Shown here: piece after piece, positions 1 to 6,529 of the stretch
How the letters are laid out: each line of letters starts with the position of its first letter
Numbering within the stretch: the first letter of the stretch is position 1
Assembly (NCBI GenBank): GCA_001825155.1
Contig: MHVH01000004.1
Coordinates: 1-52,426, forward strand
Source: Candidatus Zambryskibacteria bacterium RIFCSPHIGHO2_01_FULL_46_25
Lineage (GTDB): Bacteria; Patescibacteriota; Minisyncoccia; Phycocordibacterales; Zambryskibacteraceae
Length of the DNA: 52,426 nucleotides
Direction: 5' to 3'
The notes under the pieces: model-generated
What the model was told of the DNA's origin: nothing
The model's database searches: none
What the model saw: only the letters and a program-made list of their open reading frames with translations
Program-made: the position numbers and the translations under genes

Positions 1-63
1 TAAGTGGGGTAACGAACGCAACCCTCGTTGCCAGTTACAAGTGTCTGGCGAGACTGCCCCGGT

Positions 64-132
64 TTAAATTTTTGAGATTTCCAAGGCAAGGCCTTGGGGA
101 TTCTAAAGGCCTTGCCTTTATCGAAAATTTAA
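64..132 (+). other. 69-nt expansion hairpin that replaces the loop of the helix closed by ccccggt/accgggg.
   Basis: The closing stem ccccggt (57-63) / accgggg (133-139) corresponds to E. coli CCAGU..ACUGG just before GGAGGAAGG. The insert contains a perfect 13-bp stem aaggcaaggcctt/aaggccttgcctt and an outer stem ttaaatttt/aaaatttaa. Confidence 0.6.
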
Positions 133-362
133 ACCGGGGAGGAAGGCGAGGATGACGCCAGGTCAGCATGTCCCTTGATATCTTGGGCTACACGCATAAT
201 ACAATCGCCGCTACAACGCGTTGCGACGGGGCAACCCTGAGCTAATCGTAATAAAAGCGGCGTCAGTTCGGATTGGGGGCTGAAACTCGACCCCATGAAG
301 TTGGAATTGCTAGTAATCGCGGGTCAGCTATACCGCGGTGAATACGTTCTCAAGTCTTGTAC

Positions 363-822
363 TCAGAATAAAATGCGCTTGGCAGTTTGTCAAGGTCTAG
401 TTGGTTAAAATCCAACCTCGAAAGAGTAGCGAACGAACAGGTCCTCAGCCGCGAGGCGTGGACTGAAGGGTTCTAGTAACAAAAGACAGCCTGATCAAAA
501 AAGAGATGCACGACCCCAGCGGTGAGTCTGGGGGAAGTGCCTAGAAAGTCTCGATTAGGATGTCCGGAAAAGAATGACAAATGACCCAAGGAGATCTCAT
601 GTGTTAATGGAAACTTATGCACACGAGAAGTCAGCTGCGTCGTAGTAGGAGCACTATGACATATCATAGTATCTGAAGGACAAAGCCGATGATTTGAAAT
701 AAAATCATCGGACTCGCGTAGTGCGGGAAATCCGCTCGCTACGTCCAAAACCACGAATAACGGGAAGTGGTATGGTCAAAACAGAAATGTTTTGAGGGGA
801 TGCAAAATGTTCCAGGAATTGC
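363..822 (+). other. ORF-less intervening sequence 1 in 16S, near E. coli position 1394/1395. It may be a degenerate or ORF-less intron. Boundaries are +/- 3 nt.
   Basis: Exon similarity stops after cttgtac (362) and resumes at aatccgcccgtcaa (823). Joining the two gives cttgtacaatccgcccgtc, against the consensus CTTGTACACACCGCCCGTC. The interior has several hairpins with GAAA-type loops. The only ORFs in it look spurious. Confidence 0.55.
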
Positions 823-911
823 AATCCGCCCGTCAACTCAAGGGAGATGGGAATACCCGAAGTATCACGTATGTGGTCCCACGGTAAGCTCATTGACAGG
901 GAGTAAGTCGT

Positions 912-1821
912 CCTGCCGAAAAGGCATAGCGACCTGTCAGAGTAATCTGACAGAAAAAATCAACTAAAATCGGTGAAGCCCTCCTCTTTAATTGATATAA
1001 TTAAAGGTATGAAGGTAATACCGAGGGAAGCTAGAAGAATCACTTATTCATCCGAAATACGGAAGCTTAAAAACATTCCGTTGACCGATGAACAACGTGC
1101 AATAGTTGTAGGTGCGATACTGGGAGATGCTTGTCTAAGTCCTAACTGGTCTTTGACAAATCATCGACTCCAGATTACTCGCTCCAAGCAACAGCAAGTG
1201 TACATTGAATGGCAATATGGGAAATTCAAACCGTTCGTACTCACTAAACCTAGATGGTATGAACGAACAAGGTCATACACCATAAGGACCATAAGTCACC
1301 AGGAATTCAGCAATCTGCGTAAAGAGTTTTATCCACAAGGAATAAAAATTTTACCAGACCGTATTGAAGAATACTTGCAGAATCCGTTAACGCTTGCAGT
1401 TTGGTTCATGGATGATGGGAATGCCGTAATCAGAAACGGCAAGGTTGTAGGTTACCACCTCAACACCCAGTCATTCACAAAGGAAGAGAATCAAAAAATT
1501 GCACGATTGTTCGAAGAATTATTCGGAATAAGATTCGTGATTGAGAAAAATAACGGTTCATATCGAATAGGAGTGTGGCAAAAAGATTCGCGAGAAATGT
1601 TTCGCAATCTGATTGATTCACACATAATACCCTCAATGCGATATAAACTCGGATTAATAAGTGATTCTTCTAGCCCCGTAGAGACTGGATTCCCGCAAAC
1701 CGGGATGAAGATAGTGGAAGCATCGGCTTAAGCCGAAGAAACGCCACTATAATACGTTGGCCCCTGCATAATGCAGGGTGAAGATATAGTCCATGCCTTA
1801 ATGAAAATTAGGGGGAACATG
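912..1821 (+). mobile_element. Group I intron in 16S, inserted after the AAGTCGT block, carrying a LAGLIDADG homing endonuclease ORF.
   Basis: The 5' exon ends in T (911) and the intron ends in G (1821). A P1-like hairpin gtcgt|cc tgcc gaaaa ggca ta gcgac places a U.G pair at the splice site. A group-I core-like element aagatatagtcc lies at 1781-1792, and an actaaa-type element lies at 961-973. The exon resumes with aacaagg at 1822. Confidence 0.8.
973..1731 (+). CDS. LAGLIDADG homing endonuclease, double-motif type. The start is GTG at 973 or ATG at 1009.
   Basis: Two LAGLIDADG-type motifs are present: VVGAILGDACLS and LAVWFMDDGNAV. The ORF sits inside the group I intron of the 16S gene. 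Confidence 0.9.
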   Translation: MKPSSLIDIIKGMKVIPREARRITYSSEIRKLKNIPLTDEQRAIVVGAILGDACLSPNWSLTNHRLQITRSKQQQVYIEWQYGKFKPFVLTKPRWYERTRSYTIRTISHQEFSNLRKEFYPQGIKILPDRIEEYLQNPLTLAVWFMDDGNAVIRNGKVVGYHLNTQSFTKEENQKIARLFEELFGIRFVIEKNNGSYRIGVWQKDSREMFRNLIDSHIIPSMRYKLGLISDSSSPVETGFPQTGMKIVEASA

Positions 1822-2006
1822 AACAAGGCACGGGTAGCGGAAGCTGCTCGTGGAGTAATTCAATTTGAAACCTCTAGGGAGACCTAGATTAAGGAGTCGA
1901 TATTGCGTGCAGCAATTGCGCACACAATGGACATTGCCGCGAGTCCTAAAAGCGGTTGGCCAACGGGAAAGTCCGGAACGGAACAGAATAGAGAACGATA
2001 TAGAGA

Positions 2007-2036
2007 AAGCCGCCCGAAAGGAGCGGCTTTCTTGTT
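2007..2036 (+). terminator. Hairpin plus T-rich tail downstream of the 16S region.
   Basis: aagccgccc gaaag gagcggctt is followed by tcttgtt. The stem has one mismatch. Confidence 0.45.
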
Positions 2037-2072
2037 GCAAAATAAGGGTATTTCGATAAGCACGGGAAATGC

Positions 2073-2101
2073 TTGACATTTAACTTCAAATATGATAAGA
2101 T
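2073..2101 (+). promoter_or_regulatory. Sigma70-like promoter for the 2181 ORF.
   Basis: TTGACA (2073-2078), a 17-nt spacer, then TAAGAT (2096-2101). Confidence 0.45.
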
Positions 2102-2180
2102 ACGAAAAGAGTCGACCATGGAACGCACTGGCCCCAGTAAGGCTTAGCGGAATCCGGGCGATATCAAAAGGAGAGGCATC

Positions 2181-2789
2181 ATGGTGTATGTGTACTTAAA
2201 CGAAGAGATCACGGTAGCCGAAGGCTTCAAGATGATCGAGAAGAGCGGGGGAAAGCCGCTCCAGAGGTGGAAAGTGCCTGAGTTCAAGGGTATCGAGATG
2301 TCTCGCGACAGGGGACGTCTCTGCTTTTCCCTCCACTACGCGAATGACATGGTGCCGGAGATTCTCCAGCCGTTCGTCGCAGGTGTGTCATTCCATGAGT
2401 GTTTCGCGCTCCGGCCCGCTCGCGAAACAGGCGTGTACAAGGGCGAGAGCTTCGGCGACGCCTCCGCTGATCTCGACGTGAATTCCTCGAACTACTTCTT
2501 GAGGATTTCCGGGTCGAAGATCGAGGAAATCGCGGCGCTCTACAAGGCGATTCGTACTGGCGCAATCCGGCCGACCGAGAGCTACGAAGGCCATCAGCAG
2601 GGGATGTCCCGCAAGGAGCTCGGACAAGAGCTGGAGGCGACGCAGCGCACCTTGGCTGGCGCTCAGGGTCGACTCGATCAGCTTCAGATTGACCTCGTTC
2701 GGCTTCGCAACCACCTGGTGAAAAACTCGTGGTCGGTCTGTCGCAAAATCACCGTAGGTCGGAAGGTCAACAAGATCCTCTACAACTGA
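2181..2789 (+). CDS. Hypothetical protein with a C-terminal coiled-coil-like segment and no recognisable family.
   Basis: A 202-aa ORF with the SD-like sequence aaaggagag 6 nt upstream of the ATG. It has its own promoter and terminator. Codons look C/G-ending by eye. Confidence 0.6.
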   Translation: MVYVYLNEEITVAEGFKMIEKSGGKPLQRWKVPEFKGIEMSRDRGRLCFSLHYANDMVPEILQPFVAGVSFHECFALRPARETGVYKGESFGDASADLDVNSSNYFLRISGSKIEEIAALYKAIRTGAIRPTESYEGHQQGMSRKELGQELEATQRTLAGAQGRLDQLQIDLVRLRNHLVKNSWSVCRKITVGRKVNKILYN

Positions 2790-2799
2790 CAAGAAGAAA

Positions 2800-2827
2800 G
2801 GCGCCCGGGCACTAGTGCCCGGGCGCC
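2800..2827. repeat. Perfect 28-nt GC-rich palindrome.
   Basis: ggcgcccgggcact/agtgcccgggcgcc, lying 10 nt after the stop codon of the 2181 ORF. Confidence 0.8.
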
Positions 2828-2832
2828 CACAG

Positions 2833-2857
2833 CCCCATCGCAAGATGCGGGTTTTTT
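2833..2857 (+). terminator. Intrinsic terminator.
   Basis: ccccatc gcaa gatgcggg followed by tttttt. Confidence 0.6.
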
Positions 2858-2891
2858 GATTGAAAATTTTATGGTATTGTAGTGTCCGAAA

Positions 2892-2964
2892 GCGCGTATA
2901 GCTCAGCTGGTAGAGCACACGACTGATACTCGTGAGGTCCTTGGTTCGATCCCAAGTGCGCGCA
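2892..2964 (+). tRNA. tRNA-Ile, anticodon GAU. CCA is not encoded.
   Basis: The cloverleaf can be read directly. The acceptor stem is gcgcgta/tgcgcgc and the D stem is gctc/gagc. The anticodon stem is cacga/tcgtg with loop ctGATac. The T arm is cttgg-ttcgatc-ccaag. Confidence 0.9.
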
Positions 2965-2970
2965 CAGCTT

Positions 2971-3447
2971 ATGTTAAATCCTGACAAAAGATTTATGCAG
3001 GCGGCAATTGATGAAGCGCTGGCTGCTCAAAAAAGGGGAGACTACGGAATTGGTGCGGTTATCGTAAAAGACCGAGAAATATTAGTTAGAGCGACAAATA
3101 GATCAAAAATAGATGAAGATGCCACACAACATGCTGAAATAGTAGCTATCCAAAATGCTTCAAAAAAATTAGGATCTCGATATTTAACAAATTGCGTACT
3201 TTATTCGACTCATGAACCATGTCCCATGTGTGCAGCGGCAGCAGTTTGGGCAAAAATGGATGGAATTGTGTTTGGAGCCAAAGTAGAAGACATGGCAGAA
3301 TTTAGAAGCAAAAATGGAAATGAAGTATGGAAGTGGCGCACTATAAATATTTCAGCTTCTGAAGTTTTATCTAAGGGTGAACCAAAATTACATGTGGTGG
3401 GAGAATTTATGAGAGAAGAATGCCGAAAGTTATTCCACAACAAATAA
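2971..3447 (+). CDS. CMP/dCMP-type zinc deaminase, TadA/guanine-deaminase-like.
   Basis: HAE motif (HAEIVAI) and PCxxC motif (HEPCPMCAAA). The start is moved to the ATG at 2971 because the track ORF start overlaps the tRNA. Confidence 0.8.
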   Translation: MLNPDKRFMQAAIDEALAAQKRGDYGIGAVIVKDREILVRATNRSKIDEDATQHAEIVAIQNASKKLGSRYLTNCVLYSTHEPCPMCAAAAVWAKMDGIVFGAKVEDMAEFRSKNGNEVWKWRTINISASEVLSKGEPKLHVVGEFMREECRKLFHNK

Positions 3448-3459
3448 TCATCTCACTTC

Positions 3460-3468
3460 TGCTATAAT
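3460..3468 (+). promoter_or_regulatory. Extended -10 promoter element (TGcTATAAT).
   Basis: tgctataat lies about 10 nt upstream of the long inverted repeat. Confidence 0.35.
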
Positions 3469-3478
3469 ATTTTCATGC

Positions 3479-3600
3479 TCCCGTTAGAAGCCTCGGTCAC
3501 GGTTTCAATAGAAGCTATGTGCAGATATGGAAGATAGCCAAAAATTTATCACCAACATAACTAAGCAAGGCTCGTTGACCGAGACCTGCTTCTAACGGGA
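3479..3600 (+). promoter_or_regulatory. 122-nt element closed by a 13+8 bp long-range inverted repeat. It could be a structured 5' leader or a MITE-like element.
   Basis: tcccgttagaagc (3479-3491) pairs with gcttctaacggga (3588-3600). ctcggtca (3492-3499) pairs with tgaccgag (3576-3583). The 3' arm ends at the first base of the ATG of the 3600 ORF. Confidence 0.4.
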
Positions 3601-3866
3601 TGCCCAAAAGCAGGATAATTCTTACAATAGGTGTCATTGTCGCCCTTCTACCGGTGCTTGGTTTCCCTCACGCTTGGGAAGCCTTTTTTCAGGTTCTCGC
3701 CGGCCTTTCCATAGTTTTTCTCTCCGTCTGGGCGACGATAGATAAGAAGCTCATGCTCAAGGCCAAGGCCCAACAGCGCCAGGCGAGAAAATCAGTCGCC
3801 CCGGAACCAGCCGACATCAAGCCCGTTTATGAACCGCCACAGAACGCGGAAGAACCGGAAATGTAA
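3600..3866 (+). CDS. Small membrane protein with two predicted TM helices and a charged C-terminal tail.
   Basis: An 88-aa ORF with hydrophobic segments IILTIGVIVALLPVLGF and FFQVLAGLSIVFLSVWATI. Its stop overlaps the next start (ATGTAATG). Confidence 0.55.
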   Translation: MPKSRIILTIGVIVALLPVLGFPHAWEAFFQVLAGLSIVFLSVWATIDKKLMLKAKAQQRQARKSVAPEPADIKPVYEPPQNAEEPEM

Positions 3867-5038
3867 TGGATAGACGGCAGCAAGTTCTCGCGTGGTCAGG
3901 AGGAATAGCTCTCCTTTTTATTTTTTCAGCGAACTTCGCCGCACCCTACTTCACTCAAGTAAATTACAGTGCGTCTCTGGCCCTCGATCGCTTGGCTAGC
4001 GCCGGCAACGAAGCGGCGGAAATACCGGCTACACACCTCTCAACACCCGAGCCATTGAAGGCGCTTTATATAACCTCATGCGTAGCTGGTACGCCCAGCT
4101 GGAGGAGCGAGCTCAAGGCTCTGATAGAAACCACAGAGCTCAACGCGATTGTTATAGATATCAAGGATTATACGGGTAGAGTATCGTTTCCAAATGATTA
4201 TCCAGGAACCGGGAATCAGAGAGGCTGTACCGTTTCCGACCTTAAGGTATTTGTCTCGGAGCTCCACGCGAGCAATATATACGTGATAGGGCGCATATCC
4301 GTTTTCCAGGACCTTTCTTACTCAACATTTTTTCCAGAACTTGCGGTGAAGTCTCTTAGTACCGGGGATGTTTGGAGGGATCGCAAAGGCCTCTCATTCG
4401 TCGACGTCGGTGCCAAGCCGTATTGGGATTATATTGTCAAAATTTCAAAAGACGCGTACAACCTCGGCTTCGACGAGCTGAACTACGACTACGTGCGGTA
4501 TCCTTCCGATGGCAATATGCAGGATGTATCATACGTTTGGTCCAACGCCTCAACCACGAAACCGGAAATGCTCGAGAGTTTTTTTGCCTACTTGCGCGAC
4601 AGTCTAGCAAGTTCCGGGGCGAAGCTCTCCGTCGACCTTTTCGGCATGACGACCACGGTAGAAAGCGACATGGGCATCGGCCAACTCTTGGAGAAAGCTT
4701 TGCCGTATTTCGACTACGTAGCGCCAATGGTCTATCCTTCTCATTATCCGCCGACTTGGAACGGCTTTGTCAATCCTGCCGAGTATCCGTATGAGGTGGT
4801 AAAGATTGCGATGTCGAGAGGTCGGGAGAGGGAAGTGATTTTAAATATCGCAAACGGGCTTGCCACTTCTACTCCTTCGAAACTTCGTCCTTGGCTACAG
4901 GACTTTAATCTCGGCGCTACTTACGGTCCGGACAAGGTCCGCGCCCAAATCCAGGCGACATATGATTCTGGTCTCACATCGTGGATGGTATGGAGCGCGG
5001 CTAATAAATACACAAAGGAAGCGTTGTTGCCTGAGTAA
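3866..5038 (+). CDS. Putative glycoside-hydrolase-like protein (DUF4015-type TIM barrel) with an N-terminal membrane anchor.
   Basis: Motifs LNAIVIDIKDYTGRVSF and GFDELNYDYVRYPSDG are typical of that family as I remember it. Confidence 0.7.
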   Translation: MDRRQQVLAWSGGIALLFIFSANFAAPYFTQVNYSASLALDRLASAGNEAAEIPATHLSTPEPLKALYITSCVAGTPSWRSELKALIETTELNAIVIDIKDYTGRVSFPNDYPGTGNQRGCTVSDLKVFVSELHASNIYVIGRISVFQDLSYSTFFPELAVKSLSTGDVWRDRKGLSFVDVGAKPYWDYIVKISKDAYNLGFDELNYDYVRYPSDGNMQDVSYVWSNASTTKPEMLESFFAYLRDSLASSGAKLSVDLFGMTTTVESDMGIGQLLEKALPYFDYVAPMVYPSHYPPTWNGFVNPAEYPYEVVKIAMSRGREREVILNIANGLATSTPSKLRPWLQDFNLGATYGPDKVRAQIQATYDSGLTSWMVWSAANKYTKEALLPE

Positions 5039-5090
5039 ATTTTTTGTGATATAATTTAGACAGAAATCAGATTCTGGAAGGTGGCTGACA

Positions 5091-5177
5091 ATGATCCATA
5101 TCATCGGCATGTTGCTTACGGTGCTGGCCCTCGCCGCGGGCTGCGCTTTTTTGAAAACAGTCCTCGGCAAACGATGA
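5091..5177 (+). CDS. Candidate 28-aa hydrophobic micro-protein (MIHIIGMLLTVLALAAGCAFLKTVLGKR).
   Basis: It is not in the ORF track because it is under 60 aa. An extended -10 tgatataat lies at 5047-5055 and the SD-like ggaaggtgg at 5076-5084. The ATG is at 5091 and the TGA at 5175-5177 abuts the terminator hairpin. It contains a lipobox-like LAAGC. Confidence 0.35.
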   Translation: MIHIIGMLLTVLALAAGCAFLKTVLGKR

Positions 5178-5178
5178 T

Positions 5179-5210
5179 GAGGCCGAAGTCGCGGATGCGA
5201 CTTCGGCCTC
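5179..5210. terminator. Strong hairpin between convergent genes, likely a bidirectional terminator.
   Basis: gaggccgaagtcgc ggat gcgacttcggcctc. Its stem is near-identical to the hairpin at 6474-6502. Confidence 0.6.
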
Positions 5211-5212
5211 TC

Positions 5213-5800
5213 TTAATTGTTATCGGTGAATCTTTTTATAATTTTCGTCGCTTCGTCAATCTGCCGTGACAAATCCGCTTTCGAGGTATCGAAAGTATAA
5301 ACAAACGGGAAATTCAGATTCTCATGAAGCGGTTTACGCTGGTAATAATTTTCAATCATTTGTTCCGCGGTGCCGAGCCAATTCGGTTTTAAATTGCTTA
5401 ATTTATTCAGGATGAATTCTTCGGGAGGATTAATGTGTATCCAGACAATCTTTAATCCGTACTTCTTTGCATGGTCGACCATTATTTTCTGTGTTTTCTC
5501 CGTCACACAGTCATTGTCGTTACAAATGCTATATCCCTGGTCTAGATATTTTGTGGTCACAATTGTAGAGATATCCTGTACTTTATCGTAATTATGACCT
5601 GCGTTTTTGAGCAGTTTGCGGATATCATCTCCAGAAATTCTTATTAAAGACAACTGCTCCGACAGCGGTTTTACCACAGTTGTTTTTCCCGCTCCAACCA
5701 ATCCAACAGGGCAGAGGATAAATTGATGCTTCGGCTTGTCCAGTGGAATAGAAATTTGTTTATGATATTGCTCGGCAAGAACAGAAATGATATCTTCCAT
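5213..5800 (-). CDS. P-loop kinase/ATPase, AAA_33 / zeta-toxin-like fold.
   Basis: Walker A motif GLVGAGKTT near the N-terminus. The length of 195 aa is typical of small nucleotide/sugar kinases. Confidence 0.7.
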   Translation of the reverse strand: MEDIISVLAEQYHKQISIPLDKPKHQFILCPVGLVGAGKTTVVKPLSEQLSLIRISGDDIRKLLKNAGHNYDKVQDISTIVTTKYLDQGYSICNDNDCVTEKTQKIMVDHAKKYGLKIVWIHINPPEEFILNKLSNLKPNWLGTAEQMIENYYQRKPLHENLNFPFVYTFDTSKADLSRQIDEATKIIKRFTDNN

Positions 5801-5919
5801 CTTTTTATTTTAACATTTTTGAACTGTTGTAAATCTCAAAATAACGTAATATAATAAAAATTAGACAGAACTGTGGAAGCTCGGCTTCCACGAATGCTCA
5901 ATTCGAAAGGCAGGACAGC

Positions 5920-6453
5920 ATGGATAAGCGTAGTGAGATAATCCAGGGTAGCAACTCGGCGCGGGAAATCATGAGGGAAGCGCGACGGCGTTTCAAGGAA
6001 ACGCTCAAGCTCAATCCAGTGGCGGCCTACGTGGCGCTCGCGAATACGCACTGTTTACTCATCAGACGCTACATGAGCTGGTGGCAGTGGCTATCCGCGC
6101 TTTCTCACATGGCGTGCGCGATGGGCCACGCCAAGAATGCTTCACTCATTGCCGCTCAGACATCTATCGGGTTGACGGCGGATGAGACCGATGTGGTGGC
6201 GAGAATTTTCGCCAAGTCGCCCTGGTGGCTCGGCGGCGACCGCGCTGTTGCGCTATCGTTTCTCTACATGGCACTTTATCTCGGAAAAGATCCTGGCATG
6301 AAGCCGCACACTCGCGCGCTCATGCTCATGACGCTTGCCGAGATTGAAGTGGATTTTGGCGACGAAGACAATGGTTGGAAGCACTATCAAGAAGCTGTTG
6401 GTCTTTGTCCGGAAATCGAGTCCGAGTGCCACGGGTTCGGCATCAACTTGTGA
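5920..6453 (+). CDS. Hypothetical protein with no recognisable family.
   Basis: A 177-aa ORF. It has a promoter-like TATAAT at 5850-5855 and a terminator hairpin at 6474-6502. Confidence 0.55.
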   Translation: MDKRSEIIQGSNSAREIMREARRRFKETLKLNPVAAYVALANTHCLLIRRYMSWWQWLSALSHMACAMGHAKNASLIAAQTSIGLTADETDVVARIFAKSPWWLGGDRAVALSFLYMALYLGKDPGMKPHTRALMLMTLAEIEVDFGDEDNGWKHYQEAVGLCPEIESECHGFGINL

Positions 6454-6473
6454 GTAGCAGAAAGGGGGATATG

Positions 6474-6502
6474 AGGCCGAAGTCGCGACGCGACTTCGGC
6501 CT
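6474..6502 (+). terminator. Hairpin terminator, a paralogue of the 5179-5210 hairpin.
   Basis: aggccgaagtcgcg a cgcgacttcggcct followed by ttgctttt. The 17-nt string atgaggccgaagtcgcg is identical at 5177-5193 and 6471-6487. Confidence 0.6.
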
Positions 6503-6529
6503 TTGCTTTTCTATGGTAAAATATGAAAA

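Larger units (their letters stand above)
1..1853 (+). rRNA. rrs: 16S rRNA, 3' portion (5' end lies outside the window). It is interrupted: exons at about 1-362, 823-911 and 1822-1853+.
   Basis: Conserved SSU blocks are readable in the sequence. These are aacgaacgcaaccc (about E. coli 1100), ggaggaaggcgaggatgacgccaggtca (about 1175-1200), gggctacacgc, ttgctagtaatcgcgggtcagc and ggtgaatacgttc..cttgtac (about 1375-1394). Further blocks are ccgcccgtcaa (824-835), gggagtaagtcgt (899-911), and aacaagg plus a helix-45-like hairpin cacgggtagc-GGAA-gctgctcgtg (1822-1851). Confidence 0.8.

Noticed and set aside
473-967. Three ORFs from the track (473-754 minus, 705-893 minus, 767-967 plus) that lie within the 16S region.
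   Set aside because: They overlap rRNA exon sequence (ccgcccgtcaa..aagtcgt) and structured intron RNA. They have no recognisable motifs or ribosome-binding sites, so they are most likely chance ORFs.
976-985. A ccctcctc string that looks like a 16S anti-Shine-Dalgarno tail.
   Set aside because: It lies inside the group I intron, at the start of the LAGLIDADG ORF and upstream of the helix-45 sequence. It therefore cannot be the 3' end of the mature 16S.
2388-2987. A 199-aa minus-strand ORF antisense to the 2181-2789 gene.
   Set aside because: It runs straight through tRNA-Ile and both terminator hairpins. It is a typical shadow ORF of a GC-rich sense gene. The plus-strand ORF has the promoter, SD and terminator.
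2892-3447. A possible functional link between tRNA-Ile and the adjacent TadA-like deaminase.
   Set aside because: tRNA adenosine deaminases act on A34 of tRNA-Arg(ACG), not on a GAU anticodon. The adjacency is most simply coincidental.
4372-4794. A 140-aa alternative-frame ORF and a 96-aa antisense ORF within the DUF4015-like gene.
   Set aside because: Both are Arg-rich frames typical of off-frame translation of a GC-richer gene. The 3866 frame carries the family motifs.
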